A DNA stretch of 64,000 nucleotides from Patescibacteria group bacterium (GTDB lineage: Bacteria > Patescibacteriota > Minisyncoccia > Moranbacterales > UBA2206). A program made the position numbers and the translations under genes. Shown in pieces: positions 39,469 to 48,388 of this stretch (its first letter is position 1; every line of letters begins with the position of its first letter). The notes below the pieces were generated by a model that was given only the letters and a program-made list of their open reading frames with translations, was not told where the DNA came from and did no database searches. The DNA is taken from positions 323,016 through 387,015 of the forward strand of contig JAKLFF010000001.1 of assembly GCA_022711335.1 (NCBI GenBank), read 5' to 3'.

Positions 39469-40524
39469 CTATTTTAGAACATAACTTGTCGCCCGTCCTT
39501 TGCCTACTGATTTGATAATTCCGAGCTTTTTGAGTTTTTGAAGCTCAGCTTGAGCAGTCCTCTGAGGACATTTTAAAATGTCCATTACATCATTAACCCT
39601 TATCCTCCCTAATTGATCAATAAAACCCAGAACCTGTTGCTGCTTGGGAGTTAGATAGACCTGGCTGTTGATGGTTTTGTCTATTTTCCGGAGAGCCAGC
39701 ATTGTCACCTGATTTTTGACATTCATAATTTCATCCCTGAATCCTTCCACAAAATATTCCAGCCATCTGGTTATTTCTGTTTCACGTTCTTCATAATTCC
39801 TTCCTATATTCACGGCTTTATAATAATTTGGCAGATCTTTGTTATAATAATCCTCAAGAGCAAACAACTGGCGAAAGTCATATCCTCGCTTGTATAGGAT
39901 CAAAGTCGCCAAAGCTCTGGCTGTCCGGCCGTTGCCGTCGTTAAAAGGGTGAATAGCTGCTATTTCCAGATGAGCTACTCCGGCCACAATTACCGGGTTG
40001 ATTTCTTCTTTTTCGCTTTGGTTTATCCAAGAAATCAAATCAGCGCAAAGATAAGGCACATTAACCGCTTTCGGACCAGCATAGACTATCTCATCTGAAA
40101 ATCCTAGTCTTCTTTTTACGACATAAACCGGACCAGGCCTGAAATGCCCGGACTGTTCTTTCGGCAAAGTTTTATCAGTAACCAGAGAGTGAATTTTAAG
40201 AAGTGTTTTGTCAGTGATGGGTTTTCCGCTTTTGACAAATTTTCCGATGTACTCCAATGCCCTCAGATAATTCTGCACTTCATAAATATCTCTGGTTGGA
40301 GCATCGATTTTTTTATTGGCATATAAAGCTTCTACCTGGCGAATATCTAAAACATTGCCCTCGATAGCTGTCGAACTATGAGACATCCTGATTATTGCCT
40401 GGCGTTTAAGTTTGAGTTCCTGCTTGGGCAAAAGTCTGGCCTTGGCAATTATGCCTTTGGCTTCCGCAATTTCTGCCAGATTCTTGAGTATTTTATTGGT
40501 GATTGTATATTGAGGCTTTAGCAT
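39469..40524 (-). CDS. Fic-family protein (canonical motif) with C-terminal winged-helix domain
   Basis: HPFNDGNGRTARALATL is the complete Fic motif HPFx(D/E)GNGRxxR. The likely true start is the ATG at 40524 (MLKPQYTITNKIL…). The track start at 40581 is a TTG. A -10-like TATAAT lies 7 nt upstream of the ATG with no SD, so the transcript may be leaderless. Confidence 0.8.
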   Translation of the reverse strand: MLKPQYTITNKILKNLAEIAEAKGIIAKARLLPKQELKLKRQAIIRMSHSSTAIEGNVLDIRQVEALYANKKIDAPTRDIYEVQNYLRALEYIGKFVKSGKPITDKTLLKIHSLVTDKTLPKEQSGHFRPGPVYVVKRRLGFSDEIVYAGPKAVNVPYLCADLISWINQSEKEEINPVIVAGVAHLEIAAIHPFNDGNGRTARALATLILYKRGYDFRQLFALEDYYNKDLPNYYKAVNIGRNYEERETEITRWLEYFVEGFRDEIMNVKNQVTMLALRKIDKTINSQVYLTPKQQQVLGFIDQLGRIRVNDVMDILKCPQRTAQAELQKLKKLGIIKSVGKGRATSYVLK

Positions 40525-40547
40525 ATTGCTATTATACACCCAATTGG

Positions 40548-40582
40548 GAAATCGCGCAAGAATCGCGCAAGAATCGCGCAAA
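40548..40582. repeat. Tandem direct repeat 3 x 11 bp (AATCGCGCAAG) upstream of the Fic gene
   Basis: AAATCGCGCAAG AATCGCGCAAG AATCGCGCAAAG read directly. Positioned in the -35/upstream region of the putative leaderless promoter. Confidence 0.6.
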
Positions 40583-40735
40583 GATTTATCGATTTTTTAT
40601 AGTCCCGCTTGGCACCTTTTTATATCATTTTAATAGAGTATATGGGGTATCTGCCAAATAATACAACAACTAAGGAAATTTGCAGCAAAAAAAGAGCCTT
40701 CGCCCTTTTTGCATTAGTATATTTTTCATTAGCAA

Positions 40736-41365
40736 TCACGTCGTCTGCCTTCTTAAAAATTCGTTGATCTTTTCTGAAATTTTTTTTTGGATTTCTTCCC
40801 ATCCGGCATTTTCAATCATCTTAGGCATCGGTTCATCTTTGGCAGCTTCAAAATATGCAAGGCTTTTAAGAATATGCAGCTTGTTATAACGGATATCTTT
40901 GAATTTTTTTTCAAAAAATCCTAGAAGTTCTTCCAAGGAATATTTTTTAAGCAAAAAAAATAAATCAATAAAATCCTTTTTGCTTCCCCTGGATGAGATA
41001 GCATCAATTTTCATAGCGGCAATATCCCGTTCATCGGCTAAATTTATTCCTTCAAAAGCAACCAATGGAAAAAGTCGGCCATAAGGATAATGCAAAAAAC
41101 TTACTTTTACATTATCAATCGCACCATGGACAGTGTTTTCTTCTTCACTGTTCAATTCGAAACTGCCTATTTTTGACAATTCGTTCTTTATTTTTTCATT
41201 GGCAAATTCTTTTTCCGAAAACCAATCCAAATCGATTGATTCTCTATGTCCTAACTGAATAGCCAAGGCGGTTCCGCCAGCCAGATAAAAATTGGAAACA
41301 AAAGCGCTTTTTCCTATCTTTTCGAGAACGCGCTTTGTTTCAAGATTGATTGATTCGCTAAACAT
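40736..41365 (-). CDS. AbiEii-like nucleotidyltransferase (DUF1814-type; putative type IV TA / abortive-infection toxin)
   Basis: N-terminal FYLAGGTALAIQLGHRESIDLDWF (GGTAL…R.S.DLD) is the AbiEii/DUF1814 NTase signature. 209 aa. Confidence 0.5.
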   Translation of the reverse strand: MFSESINLETKRVLEKIGKSAFVSNFYLAGGTALAIQLGHRESIDLDWFSEKEFANEKIKNELSKIGSFELNSEEENTVHGAIDNVKVSFLHYPYGRLFPLVAFEGINLADERDIAAMKIDAISSRGSKKDFIDLFFLLKKYSLEELLGFFEKKFKDIRYNKLHILKSLAYFEAAKDEPMPKMIENAGWEEIQKKISEKINEFLRRQTT

Positions 41366-41649
41366 TTGTTTATTTTCAAGTTAAAAAATTGGCACCAAAA
41401 ATACAAAGACTTCCCGGTAATCGACCGGCTTTTGAGGATCGCCGCCTTGAGTCTATCTTCTCCATAAAATTTCAAAGCCCAACGAAAGTCTTTTTCGTCT
41501 CCAAAATCAAGTATTCTTTCTATAACAAATTGTTCATTTTCTTGGGGATCAACACCTTCAACATCCCAAAAAAGAGAGCGTTTTTTAAGCGTATCCATAA
41601 GGCCATTATAGCATAAAACGGGCCGAATTGAAAGCCCGCTTATTTTCAA
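41314..41649 (-). CDS. Small protein upstream of, and overlapping, the NTase; putative cognate antitoxin or partner
   Basis: 111 aa (or ~94 from the internal M). Overlaps the NTase start by 52 nt. Family not recognised. Confidence 0.3.
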   Translation of the reverse strand: MKISGLSIRPVLCYNGLMDTLKKRSLFWDVEGVDPQENEQFVIERILDFGDEKDFRWALKFYGEDRLKAAILKSRSITGKSLYFWCQFFNLKINKCLANQSILKQSAFSKR

Positions 41650-41660
41650 AAAAAGCTTTT

Positions 41661-43355
41661 TTATTTCGCCTCCTTTATCTCCACCGGCAATTCCACAATG
41701 AAAGTCGAGCCTTTGCCGGCGCCTTCAGATTCGACCCAAAGCTTTCCGCTCAAAGATTCGATCATTTTCTTGCCCACATGGAGTCCCAGCCCCGTTCCGC
41801 CGGTATTCAGCCGGTTAATGTCCTTTCCCCGCGAGAATTTTTCAAAAAGATAAGGCATTTCTTCCTTGGGAACTCCGATTCCGGTGTCAATCACGGCAAT
41901 CCGAACCTTATCTTCGTTTTGAGAAAGTTTGACCGTCACCCAGCCTTTCAGGGTATATTTGATGGCGTTATCGACCAGATTGGAAATGACCTCGCGGATC
42001 TTGTTGCGGTCCGTCGTCACTTCAGGCAGCGGATTTTCAGGAAGCTTCAGCTCCAGCTTCAGGCCTTTTTCCTTGGAACGGATTGAAAAAGTGTCGCAGA
42101 TTTCCTTGAGCACTTCCTCCATATTCACTTTTTTGATGTCATATTCCATCCGGCCGGATTCGATCCGGGACAGGTTGAGCATATCTTCAACCAAATCAAT
42201 GAGCCGCTCGTTGCTGATGTATATTTTGTTGAGGACATCTTTCAGCATCGAGTTTATTTTCCCATAAGATCCTTCAAGCAGGAGCGATATGAAGCCTTTT
42301 ATGGCCGTGAGCGGAGTGCGCAGCTGGTGCGAGGCGATGGAAATAAATTCCGACTTGGCATTGTCGAGTTTTCTTAACTGGTCATTCGCCTGCGCCAGAC
42401 GGTTGGTCATAATCTGAAGCTCCTCTTTCCTTTGCACTTCCATTTTCACAGAGCGGATAAGCGTCCAGCCAAAACCAACCGCAATAGCCAGCGTGATGCC
42501 GGTGAGAACCATATTGATCGGATTTTGAATGAAAGCAAACTGCGATCCGATAAGAATGACAAGAGCGACCACCAAAGCCTGGACAGAAAGAATTTTAATG
42601 TCAAAAGCCTTATATTGGACGATGAGGTAAACCAAAAAACCTAAAAAAATAGGCATTCCAAAAAGACCATATAGTTCGTAGCCATATGCGCTGGTTGCAT
42701 CAGTAACATTGTGTTCAATTAAATAATCAGATATAAACCCCATCAAAATAAAAATAATTAAAAATAAATCAATTCCTATAGTAACTAATAATATTTGTTT
42801 TTTAAAGTCTTTTTCTGCCTTTACATATTTCGTAATAGAGAATATCGTAATATAAAAAATCACCATTAAATCAAAGGGTAAGATATAATTTTTCCACAAT
42901 GGTCCATTAATAGGAATGCAATCTGATATACTGAAAAAAGTCACGTAATATTTTGTGTTTACCAATGCAAGAACAGGCGCTATTAATAAAGCGAAAATTA
43001 ATTTAAACTTTAGAGAAATACTTCTTTTTTTTATAAATACATAAACAAAATACAAACTAACCAAGAAAAGTAGTATCTCAGATAATGCTGTACACACCCA
43101 AAAAAACATATACATCCTGCTATCATAGCTAGTCCATAATATTAGATCAGAAAATGTCCAAATAGAGAATACTATTGATATATAAAATAGCAACTTGCCT
43201 GATAGATTATTTCTATTTTTGATAAAAACAAAAAAACCAACCAGCAGAGAAACTACAGCAGTTGGAATATGTGAATAATAAACCATATTAAGAGGAACTG
43301 TATTGTTAATATATTGAGAACATGTTTCGATATTTGTTACCAAATTAAAATCCAT
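41661..43355 (-). CDS. Sensor histidine kinase with N-terminal 7-8 TM sensor domain (HisKA + HATPase_c)
   Basis: H-box SEFISIASHQLRTPLTAI. N, G1 and G2 boxes (…DNAIKYT…, …DTGIGV…, …GGTGLGL…). ~300-aa polytopic N-terminus. Confidence 0.8.
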   Translation of the reverse strand: MDFNLVTNIETCSQYINNTVPLNMVYYSHIPTAVVSLLVGFFVFIKNRNNLSGKLLFYISIVFSIWTFSDLILWTSYDSRMYMFFWVCTALSEILLFLVSLYFVYVFIKKRSISLKFKLIFALLIAPVLALVNTKYYVTFFSISDCIPINGPLWKNYILPFDLMVIFYITIFSITKYVKAEKDFKKQILLVTIGIDLFLIIFILMGFISDYLIEHNVTDATSAYGYELYGLFGMPIFLGFLVYLIVQYKAFDIKILSVQALVVALVILIGSQFAFIQNPINMVLTGITLAIAVGFGWTLIRSVKMEVQRKEELQIMTNRLAQANDQLRKLDNAKSEFISIASHQLRTPLTAIKGFISLLLEGSYGKINSMLKDVLNKIYISNERLIDLVEDMLNLSRIESGRMEYDIKKVNMEEVLKEICDTFSIRSKEKGLKLELKLPENPLPEVTTDRNKIREVISNLVDNAIKYTLKGWVTVKLSQNEDKVRIAVIDTGIGVPKEEMPYLFEKFSRGKDINRLNTGGTGLGLHVGKKMIESLSGKLWVESEGAGKGSTFIVELPVEIKEAK

Positions 43356-43920
43356 TTTTCTTTTTTATTTCATTAATTTTATTTTGTATATACCATTGAA
43401 AATAACCGTCGTATTTTTTCTGCAATTTAGGAATTTTCCAGTCGTCATCTCGGATTATTTTTCTACAATTATTTGCTCCACAATTACATTTCATTTCATC
43501 AAACCTGTCGACATCCTTTGGATTTGAAATCTTTGATGAAGACAGCTCCATCGCATAATCGAAAGTAATTTCCTCTCCCTTTTTTATTTTTCTCATTGCA
43601 ACCAAAAAAATTTGCCCTTTATATCCTGCGTTTGGGTTACAACTGTGATTAAAATAGCATGCATCCTCTAGCTCACTGATTTTTTTTATCCCAAATACAA
43701 AATCATCACTTATTTGGGAAAGGTAATGCATAACCTTCGGAGATAATTTATAGAATTCTTCTAGATGAACAGCATATCCTCCAAAAATAACAAGCAGTTC
43801 ATCTTTTTTTATATTTTCCTTAGCAAAAACTCCTCTGCCATATTTCGCTGTCTCATTGACTTTCAATTTTGGATTTGTCCAAGAGAAAACATTTTTTGAT
43901 TTCATTCTTCTATTTACCAT
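43345..43920 (-). CDS. SET-domain protein-lysine methyltransferase
   Basis: GRGVFA (N-SET GxG), FNHSCNPN, GEEITFDY and post-SET CNCGANNC. The stop overlaps the downstream HK start by 11 nt. Confidence 0.8.
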   Translation of the reverse strand: MVNRRMKSKNVFSWTNPKLKVNETAKYGRGVFAKENIKKDELLVIFGGYAVHLEEFYKLSPKVMHYLSQISDDFVFGIKKISELEDACYFNHSCNPNAGYKGQIFLVAMRKIKKGEEITFDYAMELSSSKISNPKDVDRFDEMKCNCGANNCRKIIRDDDWKIPKLQKKYDGYFQWYIQNKINEIKKKNGF

Positions 43921-43990
43921 AGGTGTATTATAACATATTATTGAAGAACTAAAAAAGTACAGCTACCCCTATCTCCTAGATTGAATTATA

Positions 43991-45703
43991 TTATTTTATC
44001 GGTAATTTAACAAAAGCTGTTGTGCCTTTGTTTATTTCACTTTCAAACCAAATTTCTCCTCTATGCCCATCAATAATTTCCCTGACAATAAACAAGCCAA
44101 GTCCTGATCCATCTGTATACAGTCTCTTCGCATTGCTAGCCCTATAAAATTTTTCAAATAAATAAGAAATTTCGTTTTTGGGAATTCCAATTCCATTATC
44201 TTTAACAGAAATTAATATTTTATTTTCCTCTCTACTAAAAATAATTTTGATATTCCCTCTTTTTTTCTTGCTGTCTTCAAAAATATCACCATCTTCAATT
44301 GAAGGCGTATATTTCAAAGCATTATTAATTATATTATTAAAAACTTCTTTTAAATCTGTTTTATTTCCTCTTACAGAAAACTCGCCTGTTTTTTTCTTAT
44401 CATAATCAATAATTATTCCTTTTCTTTCACTTTCAGATCTAAAATCATTTACAATTTGGGATATCAATTCGCTCAAATCAACCTCCTCGGTATGATTTTT
44501 TGATAATACATATTTTTTGTTGCTCAGAGAAGCTGCATTCAGAATATCTTTTATTATTTCCTCAAGCTTATTGGATTTATTCCATACAGATTCGTAGAAT
44601 TGGCTCTTTTCTTTCTCGGAAAGTTTTTCCATCTTTCCCGACATTATTAGCGATGCCACACCCCTTATTACTGTAACTGGAGTTCGTAATTGGTGTGAGG
44701 CAATGTTTATAAATTCCGATTTGGTTTGATCAAGCTTTAAAAGTTCTCTATTAACCCCTTCTAATTCCTTTCTTTTTTTCTCCTCTTCTCTTCTAATTGA
44801 GCGAATCAGAAAAAAGCCAATGATGAAGGCTATCACTAGAGTTATAATTACTATGACCTGATCGCCTGAATTCCTCATATAGAAAAGCTGTGCTCCCACC
44901 AAAAAAAACAATCCGAAAACAAGAGCCTGCCCTTCATGAATTTTTATGTTGAATAATTTATATTTAACTATCAAATAAACTATGCTCACAAGAAAAATTG
45001 GATAGCCCAAAATACCATATGGTTCCACTTCGTACAACACAGTTTCTCCAGAGTAAAAAAAATATGATGCTAATGCACAAAAAAAGAAATACGGAATAAG
45101 AAAACTGCTTATGCCAAACAGGAGAAGAGCTATCTTTTTTCTAAATAACTGACCTTTATTATTTCTACATTCGGATATCCCTCGAAATAAAATATAACCA
45201 ATAATAAATAATTCAAAAAAATATTCATAAAATAAATAAAGTCTGTTTTCAATAACATTGCAATTAACAGCTTCTAACGATATAACAAAATAATTAGAAA
45301 CCCAGAGGGGTAGTAATGGAAGGGAAAAAATCATCGGCCATAGTCTTTTTTTTGAAAAAAACGTTAACTTATCAATAAATGCTTCGAAGAAAAGAAAAAT
45401 AAATATAACTAATAAATAATTGAAGAAAACTGAATAAACCCAAGAGATAACGACATAATTACTGAAAAAATTTACCCACGTTACTAAAACAAAAAAGGAA
45501 TAAAGAAAAAAGGAAGCCGTAATCGCCAAAAATAATTTGACAAGTAATTCCTTTTTTTTCGCTTTAAAATAAACAAAAAATCCCAAAAAAAGGGACACTA
45601 TCATAGCAGGAATATAGAAATAATAAAGGATTCTGGGAATATAATCGGCAGATGATAAAATCAACAAAAAATTTAGTTGTGGCTGAAAGTCAGTGCAATA
45701 CAT
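43991..45703 (-). CDS. Sensor histidine kinase, paralog of 41661..43355 (7-8 TM N-domain, HisKA, HATPase_c)
   Basis: H-box SEFINIASHQLRTPVTVI, N box NNALKYT, G boxes DNGIGIP / GSGLGL. Confidence 0.8.
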   Translation of the reverse strand: MYCTDFQPQLNFLLILSSADYIPRILYYFYIPAMIVSLFLGFFVYFKAKKKELLVKLFLAITASFFLYSFFVLVTWVNFFSNYVVISWVYSVFFNYLLVIFIFLFFEAFIDKLTFFSKKRLWPMIFSLPLLPLWVSNYFVISLEAVNCNVIENRLYLFYEYFFELFIIGYILFRGISECRNNKGQLFRKKIALLLFGISSFLIPYFFFCALASYFFYSGETVLYEVEPYGILGYPIFLVSIVYLIVKYKLFNIKIHEGQALVFGLFFLVGAQLFYMRNSGDQVIVIITLVIAFIIGFFLIRSIRREEEKKRKELEGVNRELLKLDQTKSEFINIASHQLRTPVTVIRGVASLIMSGKMEKLSEKEKSQFYESVWNKSNKLEEIIKDILNAASLSNKKYVLSKNHTEEVDLSELISQIVNDFRSESERKGIIIDYDKKKTGEFSVRGNKTDLKEVFNNIINNALKYTPSIEDGDIFEDSKKKRGNIKIIFSREENKILISVKDNGIGIPKNEISYLFEKFYRASNAKRLYTDGSGLGLFIVREIIDGHRGEIWFESEINKGTTAFVKLPIK

Positions 45704-45713
45704 TTATCTAAAA

Positions 45714-46121
45714 TTAATTTTCGTCATCCAATTTTTTTTCATCATCAACTCCATTAGCAGACGCGATCCATTTGATCCTTTTGGCCATGTCTTCGGGAAC
45801 ATGCTCGGCTTTCAGGAAATAATCAATCGCCCCAAGCTTCACCGCCCTGTCCTGAAATTCCTTTTTCTCATAGTTGGTGAAGATGATGACCGGAATATCC
45901 CCCAGGATATTCTTTTTTTGCAGTTCTTCGACCACATCCAAACCATTCTCGTTTTTAAGGAGAATGTCGACCAGCATTATGTCTGGCTTTTCCGCCTTGA
46001 TTTTTTCTTCAGCTTCTCTGCTATTTTGCGCTCCAATCATTTCAATGTTTTCCAGCTGGAAGCCCTTCTGATAAAGAAAAATCTGATCAGGATCGTCTTC
46101 TAAAAATAAGACTTTGAGCAT
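45714..46121 (-). CDS. Single-domain response regulator (CheY-like receiver)
   Basis: Acidic pocket (LEDDPD), phospho-acceptor D in IMLVDILL, conserved T/K. No output domain. Confidence 0.8.
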   Translation of the reverse strand: MLKVLFLEDDPDQIFLYQKGFQLENIEMIGAQNSREAEEKIKAEKPDIMLVDILLKNENGLDVVEELQKKNILGDIPVIIFTNYEKKEFQDRAVKLGAIDYFLKAEHVPEDMAKRIKWIASANGVDDEKKLDDEN

Positions 46122-46266
46122 ATGTTTAAAATAATATTTAACGCGTTTTATTGTATATATCCTAGCATTTTAAAGAGTTATTGAAAAGCACAAAAAATAA
46201 ATGGGTTTAAATAAAAACTAGAGCTTCTCTGAATCAAAGAAGCTCTAAAAGTTGACATTTTTGATA

Positions 46267-46616
46267 TTATAACTTTGGCCTAATTTTTGGGTTAAATCCC
46301 GGGTAATTTTCACGAATATGATTTCTCGGTCTAAATCGAAGCGTTCCGTCCTCTTTTATTGATTCGTTTGCTAAATAAGAAAGTTTGCTCTCCAAGTCAG
46401 AATCCTCCTCTATTCTCTCAATGAGATCCCATTGAACAATCAGTCTTAATGGCGTAGCCTTAGGATCCTGCCTGAATTTACAATTGGTGCTTACATGGGG
46501 ATATCCAACCTCTCCAATAAAAGAAATGATATCTTTTTCACTCACTTCAACCAATGGCCTAACAATTCTTGTCCCATTTGGAAGTATCTCGACTGGAGGA
46601 TCATCCGTGGCCGTTC
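46267..46616 (-). pseudogene. 5'-truncated gene fragment (C-terminal ~115 codons of an unidentified protein) abutting the IS
   Basis: The reading frame is open from the IS boundary (46616) with no start codon: TATDDPPVEILPNGTRIVRPL|VEVSEK…KIRPKL. The track ORF begins at a TTG. The N-terminal portion is not found on the far side of the IS. Confidence 0.4.
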
Positions 46617-46618
46617 TG

Positions 46619-47425
46619 TCAAGTACCCATTTTCTTAGACACGAACTCTGAGATTAAAAAATGATTAGCGAATTGAATCGGCGACATTCTGAGAGCGGTA
46701 TGAATCCGCTCATTGTTATATCTGTAAATGGTTTGATAAATTTCATAAACCAGCTCGCCTAAAGTATCAAATCTGTTTGTGTCTCCCAAATCAACTTTAA
46801 ACTGCGAATAGAATGATTCCTGGTATCCGTTTTCCCATGGAGAACCTTTTTCGCTCATGGAAAGACGGATGCCAAGACTTCTTGCTAAGCTTATATAATC
46901 TTTGGATAAGTATTCCGATCCTTGATCGCTGTGTATTATTTCGGCCGGAGGATGTTTATGAATTGCCGATAGCAGGGCGCTGATAGTCAATTGGGACGAA
47001 TGATTTTTAAGAACTGAAAACCCGACAATTTCCCGATTGAATAGATCCATAACCGTAGCCAAATAAATCCAGCTTCCCTTAAACGGCAGATAAGTAAAAT
47101 CGGAAACCCAAATTTGATTTAGCTTTTTCGGGAATTCGGTTAAAAGTAAATTGGTGAAAGCGGTTAGCGGGTTCTTCTTTGATTTCCGCCATTTCTTGCC
47201 TCTTCTTCTGTATGGCTTGATGCCATAAATATTCATTACCCGAAGGATTCTTTTCTTGTTGGCTCTCAATTCCAAAGCTATTCTTTTGTGTCCGTAACTT
47301 TTCTTTTTGCGGAGGACTTTTTCAATTTCAATTTTCAGCTTCCAATCCTTATCTTTTTGCTTGTGCTTGTAATACAGAAGCGAACGGGATACTCCTAAGG
47401 CTTCGGCTAATTCTTTCTTGTTCAT
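46619..47425 (-). CDS. IS3-family transposase OrfB (DDE/rve integrase domain)
   Basis: DDE triad context (…WVSDFTYL…, …HSDQGSEY…, …SPWENGYQESF…). Confidence 0.85.
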   Translation of the reverse strand: MNKKELAEALGVSRSLLYYKHKQKDKDWKLKIEIEKVLRKKKSYGHKRIALELRANKKRILRVMNIYGIKPYRRRGKKWRKSKKNPLTAFTNLLLTEFPKKLNQIWVSDFTYLPFKGSWIYLATVMDLFNREIVGFSVLKNHSSQLTISALLSAIHKHPPAEIIHSDQGSEYLSKDYISLARSLGIRLSMSEKGSPWENGYQESFYSQFKVDLGDTNRFDTLGELVYEIYQTIYRYNNERIHTALRMSPIQFANHFLISEFVSKKMGT

Positions 47426-47442
47426 TTTGCTCGAAGAAAGAA

Positions 47443-47706
47443 CTAAATCTTTTTTTGGGCTTGGGATAGCTTGATGGTCAGCTCTCCAACCAGGGCCAAA
47501 AGCTCCTGGTTTTGTTTTTTCAATTTGTTGAATTCCTGGATGGTAGGAGTGCTTACTTTATTGGTCAGCCAGCGATAAATGGTATGCGTGGAAATGCCGT
47601 GTTCTTCAGAAGCCTTTACTACGGAAATTCCTTCTTCTTTGATTCTTTTTAAAACTTGTTCTTTGACATCGCTACTGATGCGATAATTGTGTTTTGTATT
47701 GCCCAT
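47443..47706 (-). CDS. IS3-family transposase OrfA (HTH)
   Basis: N-terminal HTH (…GISVVKASEEHGISTHTIYRW…) and C-terminal leucine-zipper-like region, as in IS3 OrfA. Confidence 0.8.
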   Translation of the reverse strand: MGNTKHNYRISSDVKEQVLKRIKEEGISVVKASEEHGISTHTIYRWLTNKVSTPTIQEFNKLKKQNQELLALVGELTIKLSQAQKKI

Positions 47707-47758
47707 ATACTTTGGATTATATCTGAGAATCCGTGTCTAGTATATGGGGTACCTGCCA

Positions 47759-48315
47759 ACACCAAAACAGCCTTCGCAACTTGCGCAATCTTTAATAGAA
47801 ATGGGAAAATTACAAGCCAAATTGCTTATGCCAGCACGGAAGTTGATTTTCCCTATATTCCAGGATTGTTGGCATTTAGAGTAGGGCCTGCGATTTACCT
47901 AGCCATCGACGATCTTGTTGGCAAAATTGATTTACTTCTGTTTGACGGACAAGGCATAGCTCATCCCGTCGGTTTTGGACTAGCATCACACATTGGTGTC
48001 TTGTTTAACAAGCCGTCCATAGGCATTACCAGAAAATCTCTTTTTGGTAATTATTCCATACCGCCAAGAGGCACTTACCACACGGACTTGAGACATCCAA
48101 AAACTAACAGAACGATCGGGTATTGTGTATCTTTTGGAAATACCTGCGAACCATTTTTTATGTCACCCGGACATCAAATAACCCTGCCAGAATCACTCGA
48201 CATCATAAAGACGATCACAAGCAACAACGATTTTCCATATCCGCTCAAAGCAGTTCACAGTCAGGCGAATAGACTAGCGAAGGAGCATTGGAATAAACTG
48301 AGGGGTTCGCGCTAA
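47759..48315 (+). pseudogene. nfi: Endonuclease V, 5'-truncated by the IS3 element (first ~40-45 codons missing); catalytic Glu position is Val
   Basis: FPYIPGLLAFR(V)GP, LFDGQGIAHP and SPGHQ match EndoV motifs. The first 34 codons of the track ORF (47656-47758) are IS sequence. The GVD(V/L)S N-terminal motif is absent on either side of the IS. Confidence 0.7.
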
Positions 48316-48388
48316 TTTTTGTTCGTCGCTTTGACAAAAGGTTTTGTTGCGGATACAATTCAAAAATAATAGAAGAAAGGAACGTCTT

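Larger units (their letters stand above)
46617..47758 (-). mobile_element. IS3-family insertion sequence (~1.14 kb) with orfA and orfB and a frameshift window
   Basis: Imperfect ~35-bp terminal inverted repeats: TGTCAAGTACCCATTTTCTTAGACACGAACTCTGAG (left) vs the rc of the right end TGGCAGGTACCCCATATACTAGACACGGATTCTCAG. Ends are TG…CA. An A-run (CCCAAAAAAAG) sits at the orfA/orfB overlap. Confidence 0.75.

Noticed and set aside
47656-47758. Apparent ATG start and first 34 codons of the nfi ORF in the track (MFFDIATDAIIVFCIAHILWIISENPCLVYGVPAN).
   Set aside because: These codons are the rc of the IS3 right end and orfA region. This is a fortuitous in-frame extension, not the EndoV N-terminus.
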